From: an uncultured Elusimicrobia bacterium
Lineage (GTDB): Bacteria; Elusimicrobiota; Elusimicrobia; 2-01-FULL-59-12
Direction: 5' to 3'
DNA: 64,000 nucleotides
Assembly: GCA_963702895.1 (NCBI GenBank)
Contig: OY969767.1
Coordinates: 1,312,001 to 1,376,000 of the forward strand
Made by a program: the position numbers and the translations under genes. Under the pieces are notes generated by a model. It made no database searches and was not told where the DNA came from. It saw only the letters and a list, made by a program, of their open reading frames with translations. This document shows positions 16,865 through 27,050 of the stretch, one piece after another (positions within the stretch are counted from its first letter, which is position 1; each line of letters opens with the position of its first letter).

Positions 16865-17788
16865 TCATTCCGACTGTCTGGCGACATCGCCAGCGGAAGG
16901 CATCGCGCCACTCGAAAGCTTGGCGACCGACCCATCCTCCCCGAAGAAGCGAATGACCTTCATCTCTCCGATCTTTTCTTCGGCATTGCCGATCACAAGC
17001 CCCGTGGTCGGGTCTTTAATGACCTTGCCCGCGCGCAAGACGATCAACTTTTGGCCAAGGGGTACGCCGGACTCGCTGCCCGCGTTGAGATAGATACTCT
17101 CACCGTCCACATCGGCCACACGGCAGCTCCAGGGCTTCTTTTCGACCTGAGCCACAATGTTGTTCATGAATTTCACAATCGCCGCGCGAAGGGCCTCCTG
17201 CTCCAGAGACTCATCGTAGCCCGCGCGTGTGCCGAGGCCCAGCACACCGCCTGATTTTTTGACCCCAAGGCCGGAGCCGGAATCCGCGTAAAGCACTTGA
17301 CCTGTCTCGGCGTCCACAACACGGATATCGACGGTGGCCTTGACGATCTGGCGTTTGGACTGAGCGATCAGATATTCCGAGCCTTCGGTGGATGTCCCAA
17401 ACTCTGAAATCGCTCCGGTCACGATGGCGTTGAGTCCTAGGATCTTTCCGACCCGGGCCGCGGTGGCCGGGTCAATGGCGCCCGTCATGGCCAGTTTTTG
17501 CTCGCCCATGATGGTGTTGAGCTTGTCGCGCTCGACCACGATAAATTTGCCAGATTTGGCGAGTTCCGTAATGAGGATGTCGGAGGTGGCGCTGCCTAAG
17601 CGGTTTTCGCCGTATTTCGTTTTGTTTTGGAAATCGAGCACCCCCACCCGCCTTTTAAGCCCCACCATTCCCTTCGGCTTTTCAATCGTCATGGTTTCTT
17701 TTTGTTTCACTTTGGTGCTGGGCGCGCACCCAGGATAAACGGCCACCAGACTCACCAGCATCAGACTGAAGTATCGCGAGTTTCTCAT
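16865..17788 (-). CDS. CsgG/HfaB family lipoprotein with FlgT-C-like C-terminal domain
   Basis: Lipobox YPGC; RVGVLDF, KFIVVER, AIVTGAISEF and VDIRVVDAETGQV; C-terminal IYLNAG..IKDPTTG; SD AAGGAG before ATG 17788. Confidence 0.8.
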   Translation of the reverse strand: MRNSRYFSLMLVSLVAVYPGCAPSTKVKQKETMTIEKPKGMVGLKRRVGVLDFQNKTKYGENRLGSATSDILITELAKSGKFIVVERDKLNTIMGEQKLAMTGAIDPATAARVGKILGLNAIVTGAISEFGTSTEGSEYLIAQSKRQIVKATVDIRVVDAETGQVLYADSGSGLGVKKSGGVLGLGTRAGYDESLEQEALRAAIVKFMNNIVAQVEKKPWSCRVADVDGESIYLNAGSESGVPLGQKLIVLRAGKVIKDPTTGLVIGNAEEKIGEMKVIRFFGEDGSVAKLSSGAMPSAGDVARQSE

Positions 17789-17804
17789 AATCATCTCCTT
17801 CACG

Positions 17805-18416
17805 TTAGGGTAACGTCTCGAGCAGCCTTCGCACGGCAATGCTCGATTCGAACTGGAGCGGAACATGGAGCGTTTTCTCCAGTGCTTGGACTCCGAGCTG
17901 CGTAAAAAAATGGTCCTGGGCTTCCTTGTTACTCGTGGCAATATTGAGCGTCATCCAAGTCCGCTCAGACTCCCAAAGCTTTTCTCCGCTGGTCGCGTTC
18001 ACGAGCTTTCCGTGGACCGTCACTTTTCTTTGCCAGTAATAACCCAGGTTGATGTAGCTAAAATTGACGAGCGTGCCATAGAAGAGGCCATCGGCCGCAA
18101 GCCACTCGCCCAGCTTCTCAGGACTTGCCGCACCCAGTTGCCCGCCATCCGTAAATCCTTGAGCGAGAAGCTTTTCATCGATCTCCCCCGTCGGAACGAG
18201 CGAATGGCCGCGAGCAGACAAGGCCTCAAAGATCAACTTTCGGATAAACGGCGGACCATCCAGGTCCGTGGTTTCATTGGCCATGGGAAGCACCGCGACT
18301 CTTTGCGGCGCCTTGTAATCCTTGGCAAGGTAGACTTTCGGGCCCGCGCAACCCAAGACTCCGAACCCCAGAGCCAACAGGACTGCCCGGAAGGTGACAT
18401 CGCGTCCTGGCCACAC
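17805..18416 (-). CDS. DUF799/GNA1162-like lipoprotein
   Basis: Lipobox VLGC; RVAVLPMANET, LAADGLFYG and SGEKLW motifs. Confidence 0.7.
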   Translation of the reverse strand: MWPGRDVTFRAVLLALGFGVLGCAGPKVYLAKDYKAPQRVAVLPMANETTDLDGPPFIRKLIFEALSARGHSLVPTGEIDEKLLAQGFTDGGQLGAASPEKLGEWLAADGLFYGTLVNFSYINLGYYWQRKVTVHGKLVNATSGEKLWESERTWMTLNIATSNKEAQDHFFTQLGVQALEKTLHVPLQFESSIAVRRLLETLP

Positions 18417-18434
18417 GAGAAGTCCTTTCGAACG

Positions 18435-19568
18435 CTATCGTCCTGCCTGTGAGGCGTTGAGCTGGATGGCTCGCCCTGTGACTTGGTAAACAGACCAATC
18501 GGGACCGCCGCTTTTGACCGCGTGATCCGCCAGTTCCTGGGGGCTGATCTGGTCCGCCATCACATCCAGGACCGCCACGCCCGACTCCTGACTATACGAT
18601 CGAAGATATAAATCCTTAACCCCTGGAACAGCGAGCAGGGACTTTTCAAATTGCGACAGGACACTGAAGGACTTGAGACCGGTCACCGTGATATCCATGT
18701 GTGCGCGTTTGGATAGCTCCTGTGGCAGGTTGGCAATTTCTTTGGCCGCCAGTTTTGCCGCGGCTTCAAAAGCCTTCTGTGCGGCGATCTCGGGCGTCCC
18801 CTCGAGGCCACTGGCAACCTGAGAAACCGTCTGCATCACTTCTCCGGTCCCGACTTCGATCACTCGGAAAGTGAGCGTCGCACGGAAGGAGGCCATTCCG
18901 CCCAATTTCTTCTCTTCGCCGAGCGACTGAGCTCTGGCAAAACCAGCCATGAGAAGTTCGGCCACGCTCCGCTTAAGATCTTTCGCAAGGACCACAGGAT
19001 CGGCGTCTTGATCGACAGTGGAGGGCAGGCTGACGACCTTGAATCCGTTGTCGAGGAGGACTTGGGTGAGCGCGCGATTGGCAGAGCCATCAGCACTGGA
19101 GCGCTCCCTGATGTACTCCTGCAGGAGGATCGCGACTCGGGGGTGGCTCAAGGAAGCATGGCGCAAGAGTCCACGAGAGTCCAACGCATCACGCAACTCT
19201 TGGGTGGAGACCAAGGCGCGGATCTTGAGCTTATACCACTCATCGGAACGCCCTTCACTAAGGACCTCATAACGCTTGACATAACCGTTCGAACGCGTGA
19301 GGATGTTCTGTTCAATAGCCACCGCTTTCTCCACCCGGGTGCTCGCGCTCACATAAACACCCACCACAAGGTCAACAGCCGCGCGTTGGGCCGCGGCAAG
19401 AGCGGCGGCCCTTGTGCCAGGCAAATCATCCGCCCGGTAGGGTGCCATTCCTTCGGCTTCGACGACTTCCCCGTCGACGGTTTTGCCTGTTTTTAAATGC
19501 TGCTGACTGCCAGCACAAGCCGAGAGCATGAGCGCCGAGGCGACCAAGACGGAAGAGAGGTGTTTCAT
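18435..19568 (-). CDS. Lipoprotein with FlgT N-terminal-like domain
   Basis: Lipobox LSAC; VEAEGMA..RAAALAAAQRAAVDLVVGVYV..GYVKRYEVL; ATGA coupling to the upstream gene. Confidence 0.65.
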   Translation of the reverse strand: MKHLSSVLVASALMLSACAGSQQHLKTGKTVDGEVVEAEGMAPYRADDLPGTRAAALAAAQRAAVDLVVGVYVSASTRVEKAVAIEQNILTRSNGYVKRYEVLSEGRSDEWYKLKIRALVSTQELRDALDSRGLLRHASLSHPRVAILLQEYIRERSSADGSANRALTQVLLDNGFKVVSLPSTVDQDADPVVLAKDLKRSVAELLMAGFARAQSLGEEKKLGGMASFRATLTFRVIEVGTGEVMQTVSQVASGLEGTPEIAAQKAFEAAAKLAAKEIANLPQELSKRAHMDITVTGLKSFSVLSQFEKSLLAVPGVKDLYLRSYSQESGVAVLDVMADQISPQELADHAVKSGGPDWSVYQVTGRAIQLNASQAGR

Positions 19569-20017
19569 GACTTTAACTTGAGGCCGGCGCCTTCCAGCTT
19601 CTTCTTCTCCAGCCGCAAGGTCACGACACAACCATCATCGTTGGTCCACTCGGATTTCACAATTTCCGCCCCTTTGATCACTTCCTTGAGGTAGGTTTCG
19701 ATTTTGGAGTCCGTCTCCATGGCTTTTTCGACGGTGATGCCACCTTCCAGCTGCACCCCCTTCACATAAGAGAGCATCTCATACTGCGCCTGAACGATGG
19801 CCGCATCGCGTGAGGTGGCCCGTCGTTGGGTGGTGTTGGCTAGCGTCGCGTCCGCCGCGCCGATGCCGAGGGCTTCGAAATATTTAGAGCTTTCCGCCTG
19901 CTGGGTGATGGTTTTTTGGATCTCGCCCTCTTTGACATACGCCTTGCCGCCGCAACCGGAGAGCACCAGCGGCAGGACAAAGGAAAGGGAACCTGAAACA
20001 ATTTTGAAACGTCTCAT
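19565..20017 (-). CDS. LPP20/FlgP-like lipoprotein
   Basis: Lipobox LSGC; EALGIGA..RDAAIVQAQ..VKGVQL..IKGAEIV; SD GGAGGT. Confidence 0.7.
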   Translation of the reverse strand: MRRFKIVSGSLSFVLPLVLSGCGGKAYVKEGEIQKTITQQAESSKYFEALGIGAADATLANTTQRRATSRDAAIVQAQYEMLSYVKGVQLEGGITVEKAMETDSKIETYLKEVIKGAEIVKSEWTNDDGCVVTLRLEKKKLEGAGLKLKS

Positions 20018-20118
20018 GCTTGCACCTCCGCGAAGGGATTCTGTCGCATCAGTCTAACAAAAAAAAGGACATGGGATCGATAGGCTTGGGCCCCCTCGAT
20101 TTCGTACGATGGCAACGC

Positions 20119-21345
20119 ATGAAAATCTTTCGCGTCATCGGCGTGCTCGCGGCCGGGGGTTTATACGTTGGGGCCTGCCGCTCGGATGTGGTACCGCCCG
20201 ACTTGGAGTCTGCGGAGGTCCTTTACTCCTCCGGCACGATCGGCACAGGAGGTTCGCTTTCCGACGTTCTCGGACGAGCAGGCATCTCGCCTGCAGAGGC
20301 TTCCCTGACGCAACTCGCGCTTAAACCCCACGTCAACCCCAAGCGGATGAAGCCCCGCGATCGTTATGAGATTCACCAAACGACCACTTCGAAGCTCCTC
20401 CAGCTCACCTACTGGCCCAATAACTTCGAGTTTTTCATGGTGCGTCCTTCGACCGCGGGCACGTTTATCGTTGTCGCTGAGAAGGTTCGCACAACAGAAG
20501 TCACCATGGGTGCAAGCGGCAGGATCCAAGTTTCTCTTTGGGATGCGATGACCGCGCAGGGGGTCCCCCCGGAGATGATCTACCGGTTTGCCGATCTCTT
20601 CGGCTGGAGAATTGACTTTCTGACGGAGCCCCGAGCAGGAGACACCTATAAACTCATCTGGAAGCGTTCCAACTCACCCCAAGCCCATCAGGACCGCGAC
20701 ATCGTTTGTGCGCTTTATCACGGGAAAGAGACGGGCGTGGTCTATGCCTTCCGTTTTGGCAGTGAATATTTTGATGAGAAAGGGGACTCGCTCCGTGGGG
20801 AGTTTTTGCGTGCGCCGCTGGCGTATCGGCGTATCTCCTCGCGCTACACCCATGCCCGCTTTCATCCTATCCTGCGCTACTGGCGACCCCACCATGGTAT
20901 TGACTATGCGGCGGCGCGCGGGACTCCGGTGGTGAGCATTGGCGATGGAACGGTGATTTCCAAAGGGTACCACGGTGGGCTTGGCAACCAGATCCGGATC
21001 CGTCACGCGGGCAGTTACGTCTCCATTTACGGCCATCTCATGGGATTTGCGCGCGGCCTGCATGTCGGAAGCTCCGTCCGACAAGGCCAAGTGGTGGGCT
21101 ATGTTGGCTCCACAGGCCTCTCGACAGGCCCGCATCTTCATTTGGGTCTGGAACGTTCCGGTCAGATGATCAACTTCATCACCCTTAAATCGTCCCTGAA
21201 ACGACGAAGCGTCGCCGCCTTCGATCGGGAGCGCTATCGAGAGATGAAGAAGTTTGGCTTTTCTCTCTTCGCCCAGCTTCCCGCGGGCGGCTCCGCTGTC
21301 AAAGAACTGAACCCCTCCTCGTCCCTTAGCGCACGTTCACATTAA
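20119..21345 (+). CDS. M23 family peptidoglycan endopeptidase (MepM/Csd3-like)
   Basis: HHGIDYAA, YGHL and STGPHLH zinc motifs; RFHPIL; N-terminal signal segment. Confidence 0.9.
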   Translation: MKIFRVIGVLAAGGLYVGACRSDVVPPDLESAEVLYSSGTIGTGGSLSDVLGRAGISPAEASLTQLALKPHVNPKRMKPRDRYEIHQTTTSKLLQLTYWPNNFEFFMVRPSTAGTFIVVAEKVRTTEVTMGASGRIQVSLWDAMTAQGVPPEMIYRFADLFGWRIDFLTEPRAGDTYKLIWKRSNSPQAHQDRDIVCALYHGKETGVVYAFRFGSEYFDEKGDSLRGEFLRAPLAYRRISSRYTHARFHPILRYWRPHHGIDYAAARGTPVVSIGDGTVISKGYHGGLGNQIRIRHAGSYVSIYGHLMGFARGLHVGSSVRQGQVVGYVGSTGLSTGPHLHLGLERSGQMINFITLKSSLKRRSVAAFDRERYREMKKFGFSLFAQLPAGGSAVKELNPSSSLSARSH

Positions 21346-22897
21346 TTTCCCCTAAACTATTCCTGGGATCGGGTTCCAGCGACTTGATCACGGGGGAGGC
21401 CCCCTCCTGGAGTGCAATCTCTGGCGGCGCTTGCGCCATCACGATCTGATGGAGGCGTTTCAGACCCATGGGCTTGTTGGTCGTCGAGTTCGGTTTCGTG
21501 GCACGAGGTCCTGCTCTGACCTCGATGATGAGCCCCGGCCCTTTCTGCTCTTGCCCGATCGGAATCAATCGCTCGTGAGCATAAGGGACGGGCTCATGCT
21601 CACTCGCCGCTCGGGACAGGGTCTTCTTCGCCGGGAGGGTCGGGGAGGCAGACTTGGCACTCGAGAGTTCAGGTCCCTTCGGCTTGGCACGAGACAAGAC
21701 CGGAGGCCTCGCGGTCGTCGACGCGGCGATCGGCTCGGACGCACGCGTTTGGGGTTTTTTCTGAGAGCGCCTGGCGAGTGATTGAATGCGTGACAAGACT
21801 TCGCGGTTCACCGTTCGTCCATTCAAAACGACTTGCTTCAACGATCGGATCTCGCAGAGGGTCGACAGCTCAGCGCTGGAGAGGTTCGTCCAGCCTAGGG
21901 AAATCGTTTCAAGATTGCGCATGCGCACCAGGCTCGCGAGACCTTCATGGGTGATGCGAGTTCCGCTGAGTTCCAGTGTTTTGAGCTTCGGGAGGGTCGC
22001 GACCACCGCCATCGCTTGATCGTCGATCTTGGTACCGCTGAGCGCTAAGTCCGTCAGACGCCGTGTTGAGCCAAGGGCGTGCAAGCCCCGGTTCGAGATC
22101 GCCGTGCCGCTTAAATCAAGGCTGCGCAACTTCTTCATACGGGAAATCGATCTCAGCCCCTTGTCCGTAAGATGCTTCGGCACGTAAAGGACCTCAAGGC
22201 GCGGAAGGGCTTCCAGATCGGCAAATCCTTGGTCGGTGATCGCCGTGCCGCTGATATCGAGCTGACGCAAGGAAGCCATCGATCCGAGCACAGGGACCCC
22301 GCGGTCGGTGATGGCTGTATCGCTCAGATCAAGCACCGTCAGGGCAGGGAGGGCTTTTAAGAGCTCGAGCCCCGCATCGGTGATACGTGCGCGCGGCAGC
22401 TCGAGCGCCTTCAGATGCTGGAGCGACTGAGTCTGAAGGAGTCCCTTGTCCGTGGTCTGGCTGTTCAAAGCCAGGATCTCCAGCGCCGGAAGCGAGCGAA
22501 GCACGTCAAGGCCCCGGTCGGTGGTTTTGGTGTTGTTGAGGCGAAGAATTTTAAGGAACGGGGCATCGCGCAGGGTGCTCAGAGTCTGGTCCGCGACGTC
22601 CCAGCGATCGGAGAGATCAAGACCTGGAAATCGGTTCTCTTTGATCTCGAGGATCAGCTGGGCGTAGTCTTTGGCGGACATGGAGCGGTCGGGCCGCACA
22701 AACCACGTGTCCGAAGCGGGCACCTCGACAACATTATCAAGCTTCGAAGACGTAAACCCCAGGTAGCGAGAGGGGCGATCAAAAGAAGTCACTTCGTAAA
22801 ACTTCAGATCCTGGAATGAGCGAACGATCGCCGCAGACGCGGGACAACTCAGCGTCACAACAGACAGCGCCGTTATGAAGGACGATCGCGCTCTCAT
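21326..22897 (-). CDS. Secreted leucine-rich repeat protein
   Basis: Signal peptide ending ASA; about 11-12 repeats of LxxLDLSGTxITDxGL; Pro/Ala/Lys-rich tail; ATGA overlap with the upstream stop. Confidence 0.8.
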   Translation of the reverse strand: MRARSSFITALSVVTLSCPASAAIVRSFQDLKFYEVTSFDRPSRYLGFTSSKLDNVVEVPASDTWFVRPDRSMSAKDYAQLILEIKENRFPGLDLSDRWDVADQTLSTLRDAPFLKILRLNNTKTTDRGLDVLRSLPALEILALNSQTTDKGLLQTQSLQHLKALELPRARITDAGLELLKALPALTVLDLSDTAITDRGVPVLGSMASLRQLDISGTAITDQGFADLEALPRLEVLYVPKHLTDKGLRSISRMKKLRSLDLSGTAISNRGLHALGSTRRLTDLALSGTKIDDQAMAVVATLPKLKTLELSGTRITHEGLASLVRMRNLETISLGWTNLSSAELSTLCEIRSLKQVVLNGRTVNREVLSRIQSLARRSQKKPQTRASEPIAASTTARPPVLSRAKPKGPELSSAKSASPTLPAKKTLSRAASEHEPVPYAHERLIPIGQEQKGPGLIIEVRAGPRATKPNSTTNKPMGLKRLHQIVMAQAPPEIALQEGASPVIKSLEPDPRNSLGEINVNVR

Positions 22898-25059
22898 GGG
22901 GGGTGACTGGCAAGCGTCTTGGAGAGCTGCCTGTCGAATTCTTGAGGATCTGGGGTCGGCGTTCTGCATGTGAAGTTCTCGCAAACATAGGCCGTCGCTT
23001 TGCCCTGGAGAGCGGTCATGTTGTCCAGGAAGGGGAGCCTCTTCGACAGCACCCTTTGTTTGGGTCCGCCCAAGGCACCCAAGACGACTTTGACTGGCCA
23101 ATAGCGTGAATATAGGACGGAAAAGAGTGCTCGCGTATCCTGCGCCCCAGGCTCTCCTGCGAGGACGATCTGCCTGGGGTCCGTTGTCGCAAAGTCAACG
23201 GCCGCAAGCATGCCTGTCAGCGCGCTCGGCGACTCCGCAAGACGATGGCCATAAGACTCTATGGTCTTCACAGACATCTCTCGGTACGAAGCCTCGTCTA
23301 AAAACTGGGCCAGGCGCAAAAGATTAAGCGCCCCTACGGAGCTGGCCGAAGGTTCCACCTGATCCTCGTCTGCCTTGAAGCGCCATAACAGATGGGGGTC
23401 CTGGTCCTGTGAGGTCATAAAGAACCCGCCATGGTCGTGATCATAGAACTGCCGGATCATGACTTGGTTGAGCTTGTCGGCCCAAACGATCCACGTCGGG
23501 TCAAAATCAGCCTCATAGAGATCGAGAAACGCTTGGATCATAAAGGCATAGTCCTCTGCGATTCCGAAGGACTTCTTTTCTCCCTCCCGCCAACACCGGT
23601 AGAGCCGTTTTTTCTGATCATCGAAGAGATGTGTCATGACAAAACGGGCAGCCTTCTGCGCAGCACGAAGATCATGTTCGTGACCCAGGATCTGATAGGC
23701 CTTGGCGCAGGCCGTGATCATCAGGCCGTTCCAGGCTGCGATCACCTTGTCATCCCGCTGTGGCCTTGGCCGCTTCTGGCGAGCTTGGAAAAGGGCCGCC
23801 CTGGCAGAATCGAGGGCTTTCTCGACCTCGAGCAGTTCTAATTTAAAATGTTGAGCGACCTCAGTCAGGGAATGGGCGATGGACAGGATGTTTTGGTTGA
23901 CGAATTCGCCATGAGGATCATGCGGCGCAGTGCCTTGATCGCGCACTCCATAGCGAAAACAGAAGACTTCAGCAGCAGGCGCTCCCAGAACCTCCACGAT
24001 CTCTTTCTTCTCCCAAACGTAAAAGGCTCCCTCCGACATCTCGGAGGCCTGGCCAGACGGCGAAGAATCGGCATCTTCCGCAGAAAAGAAGGCCCCCTCC
24101 GGAGAGGTCATATCCCGGGCAATGTAATCCAAGCTTTGGCGCGCGATACGGCGAAACTCGTTGTCCGCGGTGATTTGGAAGGCTTCCAGGTAGTTCACGA
24201 TCAGCTGCGCGTTATCGTAGAGCATCTTCTCAAAATGTGGAATGTTCCAGCGGGGATCCGTGGCGTAGCGAGCAAATCCGCCGCCCAGTTGATCATAGAT
24301 GCCGCCACGGGCCATCGCGCGGAGAGTGGAAAGACTCATTTCGAGAGCCTCCTCTTGGTTCGTCCGAGCCCAGTAACGCATAAGAAACTGGTGATAGACC
24401 GGCATGGGAAACTTGGGGGCTTGCCCGAAACCGCCCCGGGAACCATCAAAAGAGGATCGCAGCGCCTCAAAGCCGCCGCTGAGCCAAATCGGGTCCAGGC
24501 GCGCAGGGGATGGGGAAGCTTCCACAACCTTTTGAAGCGAGTTCGTGATATCTCCCGCCACCGCAAGCATCTTCTCGCGATCGGTCGGCACCTTCCAGGA
24601 TGTCCCGATATGACGGACGATGTCCTTCCAAGCAGGGTGCCCCCGGCGCGCCTCGGGAGGAAAATAGGTTCCTCCGAAAAATGGCTTGAGATCGGGCGTC
24701 AGAAAGACGTTCAGCGGCCAGCCACCCTGGCCCGTCATCGCCGAGATCGCGGTCATGTAGATTTTGTCGATATCGGGGCGCTCCTCGCGGTCGACTTTGA
24801 TCGCGACCAGATACTCATTCATGAGCCTGGCAGAGCCTTCGTCCTCAAAAGACTCCCGCTCCATGACATGGCACCAATGGCATGTGGAATAACCGATGGA
24901 GACAAGGAGAGGCTTATCTTCACGCTTGGCTGTTTCAAAAGCGTCTGTCCCCCACGGGTACCAGTCCACCGGATTGTGCGCGTGCTGAAGGAGATAAGGA
25001 CTTTTCTCGTGGATAAGACGATTCGGTCGCGAGGAAGACATACGAGTTTCAGCGGTCAT
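22894..25059 (-). CDS. YyaL/SSP411-type protein (DUF255 thioredoxin plus six-hairpin domain)
   Basis: [36 protein letters not shown] and [11 protein letters not shown]. Confidence 0.93.
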   Translation of the reverse strand: MTAETRMSSSRPNRLIHEKSPYLLQHAHNPVDWYPWGTDAFETAKREDKPLLVSIGYSTCHWCHVMERESFEDEGSARLMNEYLVAIKVDREERPDIDKIYMTAISAMTGQGGWPLNVFLTPDLKPFFGGTYFPPEARRGHPAWKDIVRHIGTSWKVPTDREKMLAVAGDITNSLQKVVEASPSPARLDPIWLSGGFEALRSSFDGSRGGFGQAPKFPMPVYHQFLMRYWARTNQEEALEMSLSTLRAMARGGIYDQLGGGFARYATDPRWNIPHFEKMLYDNAQLIVNYLEAFQITADNEFRRIARQSLDYIARDMTSPEGAFFSAEDADSSPSGQASEMSEGAFYVWEKKEIVEVLGAPAAEVFCFRYGVRDQGTAPHDPHGEFVNQNILSIAHSLTEVAQHFKLELLEVEKALDSARAALFQARQKRPRPQRDDKVIAAWNGLMITACAKAYQILGHEHDLRAAQKAARFVMTHLFDDQKKRLYRCWREGEKKSFGIAEDYAFMIQAFLDLYEADFDPTWIVWADKLNQVMIRQFYDHDHGGFFMTSQDQDPHLLWRFKADEDQVEPSASSVGALNLLRLAQFLDEASYREMSVKTIESYGHRLAESPSALTGMLAAVDFATTDPRQIVLAGEPGAQDTRALFSVLYSRYWPVKVVLGALGGPKQRVLSKRLPFLDNMTALQGKATAYVCENFTCRTPTPDPQEFDRQLSKTLASHPP

Positions 25060-25135
25060 CGCAGAGGATCGGAAGCACAGACACCAACGCAGGAATGCCT
25101 TCTCGTTTCGTTGATCGGCTCACTCATTGTTGCAT

Positions 25136-25624
25136 TCAAGCGGCAAGCCGAAACACCCTCAAGAGAAGGTTCGTGATCAGTCCGGCGACGACATCGTCCA
25201 TCACAATGCCCCAGCCGCCCGGAAGCAAGGCCAAGCGCTTGATGCGAAGGGGTTTCCATGAATCCAGCAAACGGAACAGGACAAGGGCCGTCAACAGGAC
25301 AGCGATCGACGTCGGCAGAAGCGCGACACTGATGAGATAGCCCAGCCATTCATCGATGATGATGCGCTGGTCATCCTTCTGGCCCAGCGATTCTTCCGCG
25401 ATGTCGCTGATGACCACGCTGATGAAGAAAATCCCAAGGAGGGTCAAGAGGCAGGCGAGCGTCCCTTGAGGGAGGAACCGGACGCAGGCCAGCCCCGCCA
25501 GAGAACCGATGAGGCCTGCTCCGGTTTGGTGGCGCGAAAAACGACGGGCAAGCCGTTCGAGGGGATAGCTCAAGAAGAAGCAGCTCGCCAAGGCCTGGCA
25601 ACACCAGACCACTCCGCGTTTCAT
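25136..25624 (-). CDS. pgpA: Phosphatidylglycerophosphatase A
   Basis: DDQRIIIDEWLG, LFRLLDSWKP and GIVMDDVVAG. Confidence 0.9.
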   Translation of the reverse strand: MKRGVVWCCQALASCFFLSYPLERLARRFSRHQTGAGLIGSLAGLACVRFLPQGTLACLLTLLGIFFISVVISDIAEESLGQKDDQRIIIDEWLGYLISVALLPTSIAVLLTALVLFRLLDSWKPLRIKRLALLPGGWGIVMDDVVAGLITNLLLRVFRLAA

Positions 25625-26247
25625 GGGACTTTCGGTTCCCTAAGCTTTGAGAATTCTTTCAGGACGAGGTCCGAGTATTTTCGGATGTAGAGCACGCCTG
25701 AGACGATCGTCATGAGGGTGACAAAAAACACAAGCCAAAAGGGCAGACGCTCAAGCAGTTCTCTGAACCAGAGGGGCCAAGAGTCGGCGAGGAGGGGATG
25801 CGCTTCCATCGCCGAATTGATGATGAGAATCACAAGAATCAGAATAATCGCCGTCACTTGAGAGGCCATTTTGTACTTGCCCGCGCCCTCAGCAGACATC
25901 ACAACACCGCGCTTGGCCGCAAGCGTTCGCAAACCCGTAATCAGAAACTCACGGCTGATAATCAGGACGACCATCCAGGATCGAATGTGGAGCTCTGGAA
26001 GCTCCACAAAGCCCACGAGGGCCGCCGCAATCATCATTTTATCGACCAAGGGATCAAGGAACGTGCCGATCACCGTGACGGTCCCCGTACGTCGGGCGAC
26101 TCTGCCGTCATACCAATCGGTAAGGCTGGCCATGACGAAAATGGCAAGGGCCGCGACACGGGTCCAATAGTGATCGAAGACCATAAACACCATAAACCCT
26201 GGCAAGAAGGCCAGCCGGATGAGGGTCAGTCGATTGGCGATGGTCAT
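25621..26247 (-). CDS. pgsA: CDP-diacylglycerol--glycerol-3-phosphate 3-phosphatidyltransferase
   Basis: ANRLTLIR and TDWYDGRVAR..GTFLDPLVDK CDP-alcohol motif. Confidence 0.93.
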   Translation of the reverse strand: MTIANRLTLIRLAFLPGFMVFMVFDHYWTRVAALAIFVMASLTDWYDGRVARRTGTVTVIGTFLDPLVDKMMIAAALVGFVELPELHIRSWMVVLIISREFLITGLRTLAAKRGVVMSAEGAGKYKMASQVTAIILILVILIINSAMEAHPLLADSWPLWFRELLERLPFWLVFFVTLMTIVSGVLYIRKYSDLVLKEFSKLREPKVP

Positions 26248-27035
26248 GGAGGAGGGATACGAAAGGTATTGGTCTGGCCGCGCGCGCCCTGCGTGATGTC
26301 GTAAGGCTGATCATTCCACAAGAGCGATAAGGCGCTCACATCCCCTATTTTGAGATAGAAGGGGCCGCCTGACCATTCCTTGATGGAACCGGTCCGCAAG
26401 ATGCCTTCATAGAGCAATTCCTCATCGGTGCTGACACGCAACCAGCCATTGGCTTCGGCTTTGATGCGAACTTTGTGAATCTGGACGCTTGCGCGTGAGG
26501 GCACAGACAGGCGCGCTTCACTGAGCACACGGCGTTTGGTCCAGGGCATCGCGCTTGGCTCAAACAACCGTGGACTGAGGAGGTGATAAAGGACCCAAGC
26601 CAGAACCAACGCCACAATCCCAAATGTGATCAGCTGAGGGACAGAACTCGGAGACCAAGTCCGACGAGCAGCGGCGCGTGGGCGCGCGGGGACATCCTTT
26701 TCCCGTCGATCGGACCCGCGTCGTTCCACAGCCCCTGGCACATCCGTACCAGCTTTGGCACTCGGGGTCGACTGGCTTGCTTGTTGTTGTTGTCGATAGA
26801 GCGTGAGCGCCTCATCCGAGGAGACGCCGAGAAAGCGAGAATAAAGCCGCAGAAAGCCTAAACGATGACTTTCAGAAGGGAGCACGTCCCATCGCTCTTC
26901 CTCCAAGGCCTCAATAAAGCGCGTCGCGATGTGCGTACGCTTGGCGCACTCCGCCACCGCAAGACGATGGCGGAGCCTCGCCTGTTTTAAGAGCTCTCCG
27001 ATGGTATGTTGATGTTCAGTCGACATCGTGTCCAT
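26244..27035 (-). CDS. rodZ: RodZ-like protein (HTH, TM, DUF4115)
   Basis: IGELLKQAR..FIEALEE..GFLRLYSRFLG; one TM; ftsK-rodZ-pgsA synteny. Confidence 0.75.
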   Translation of the reverse strand: MDTMSTEHQHTIGELLKQARLRHRLAVAECAKRTHIATRFIEALEEERWDVLPSESHRLGFLRLYSRFLGVSSDEALTLYRQQQQASQSTPSAKAGTDVPGAVERRGSDRREKDVPARPRAAARRTWSPSSVPQLITFGIVALVLAWVLYHLLSPRLFEPSAMPWTKRRVLSEARLSVPSRASVQIHKVRIKAEANGWLRVSTDEELLYEGILRTGSIKEWSGGPFYLKIGDVSALSLLWNDQPYDITQGARGQTNTFRIPPP

Positions 27036-27050
27036 GGGTGCTATCCATTT

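Noticed and set aside
23848..25176. 442-aa plus-strand ORF, and similar long ORFs at 13755-14792, 29737-30975, 39527-40552, 41518-42393, 46360-47409 and 56611-57579
   Set aside because: Antisense shadows of well-supported genes in GC-rich DNA; no recognisable motifs
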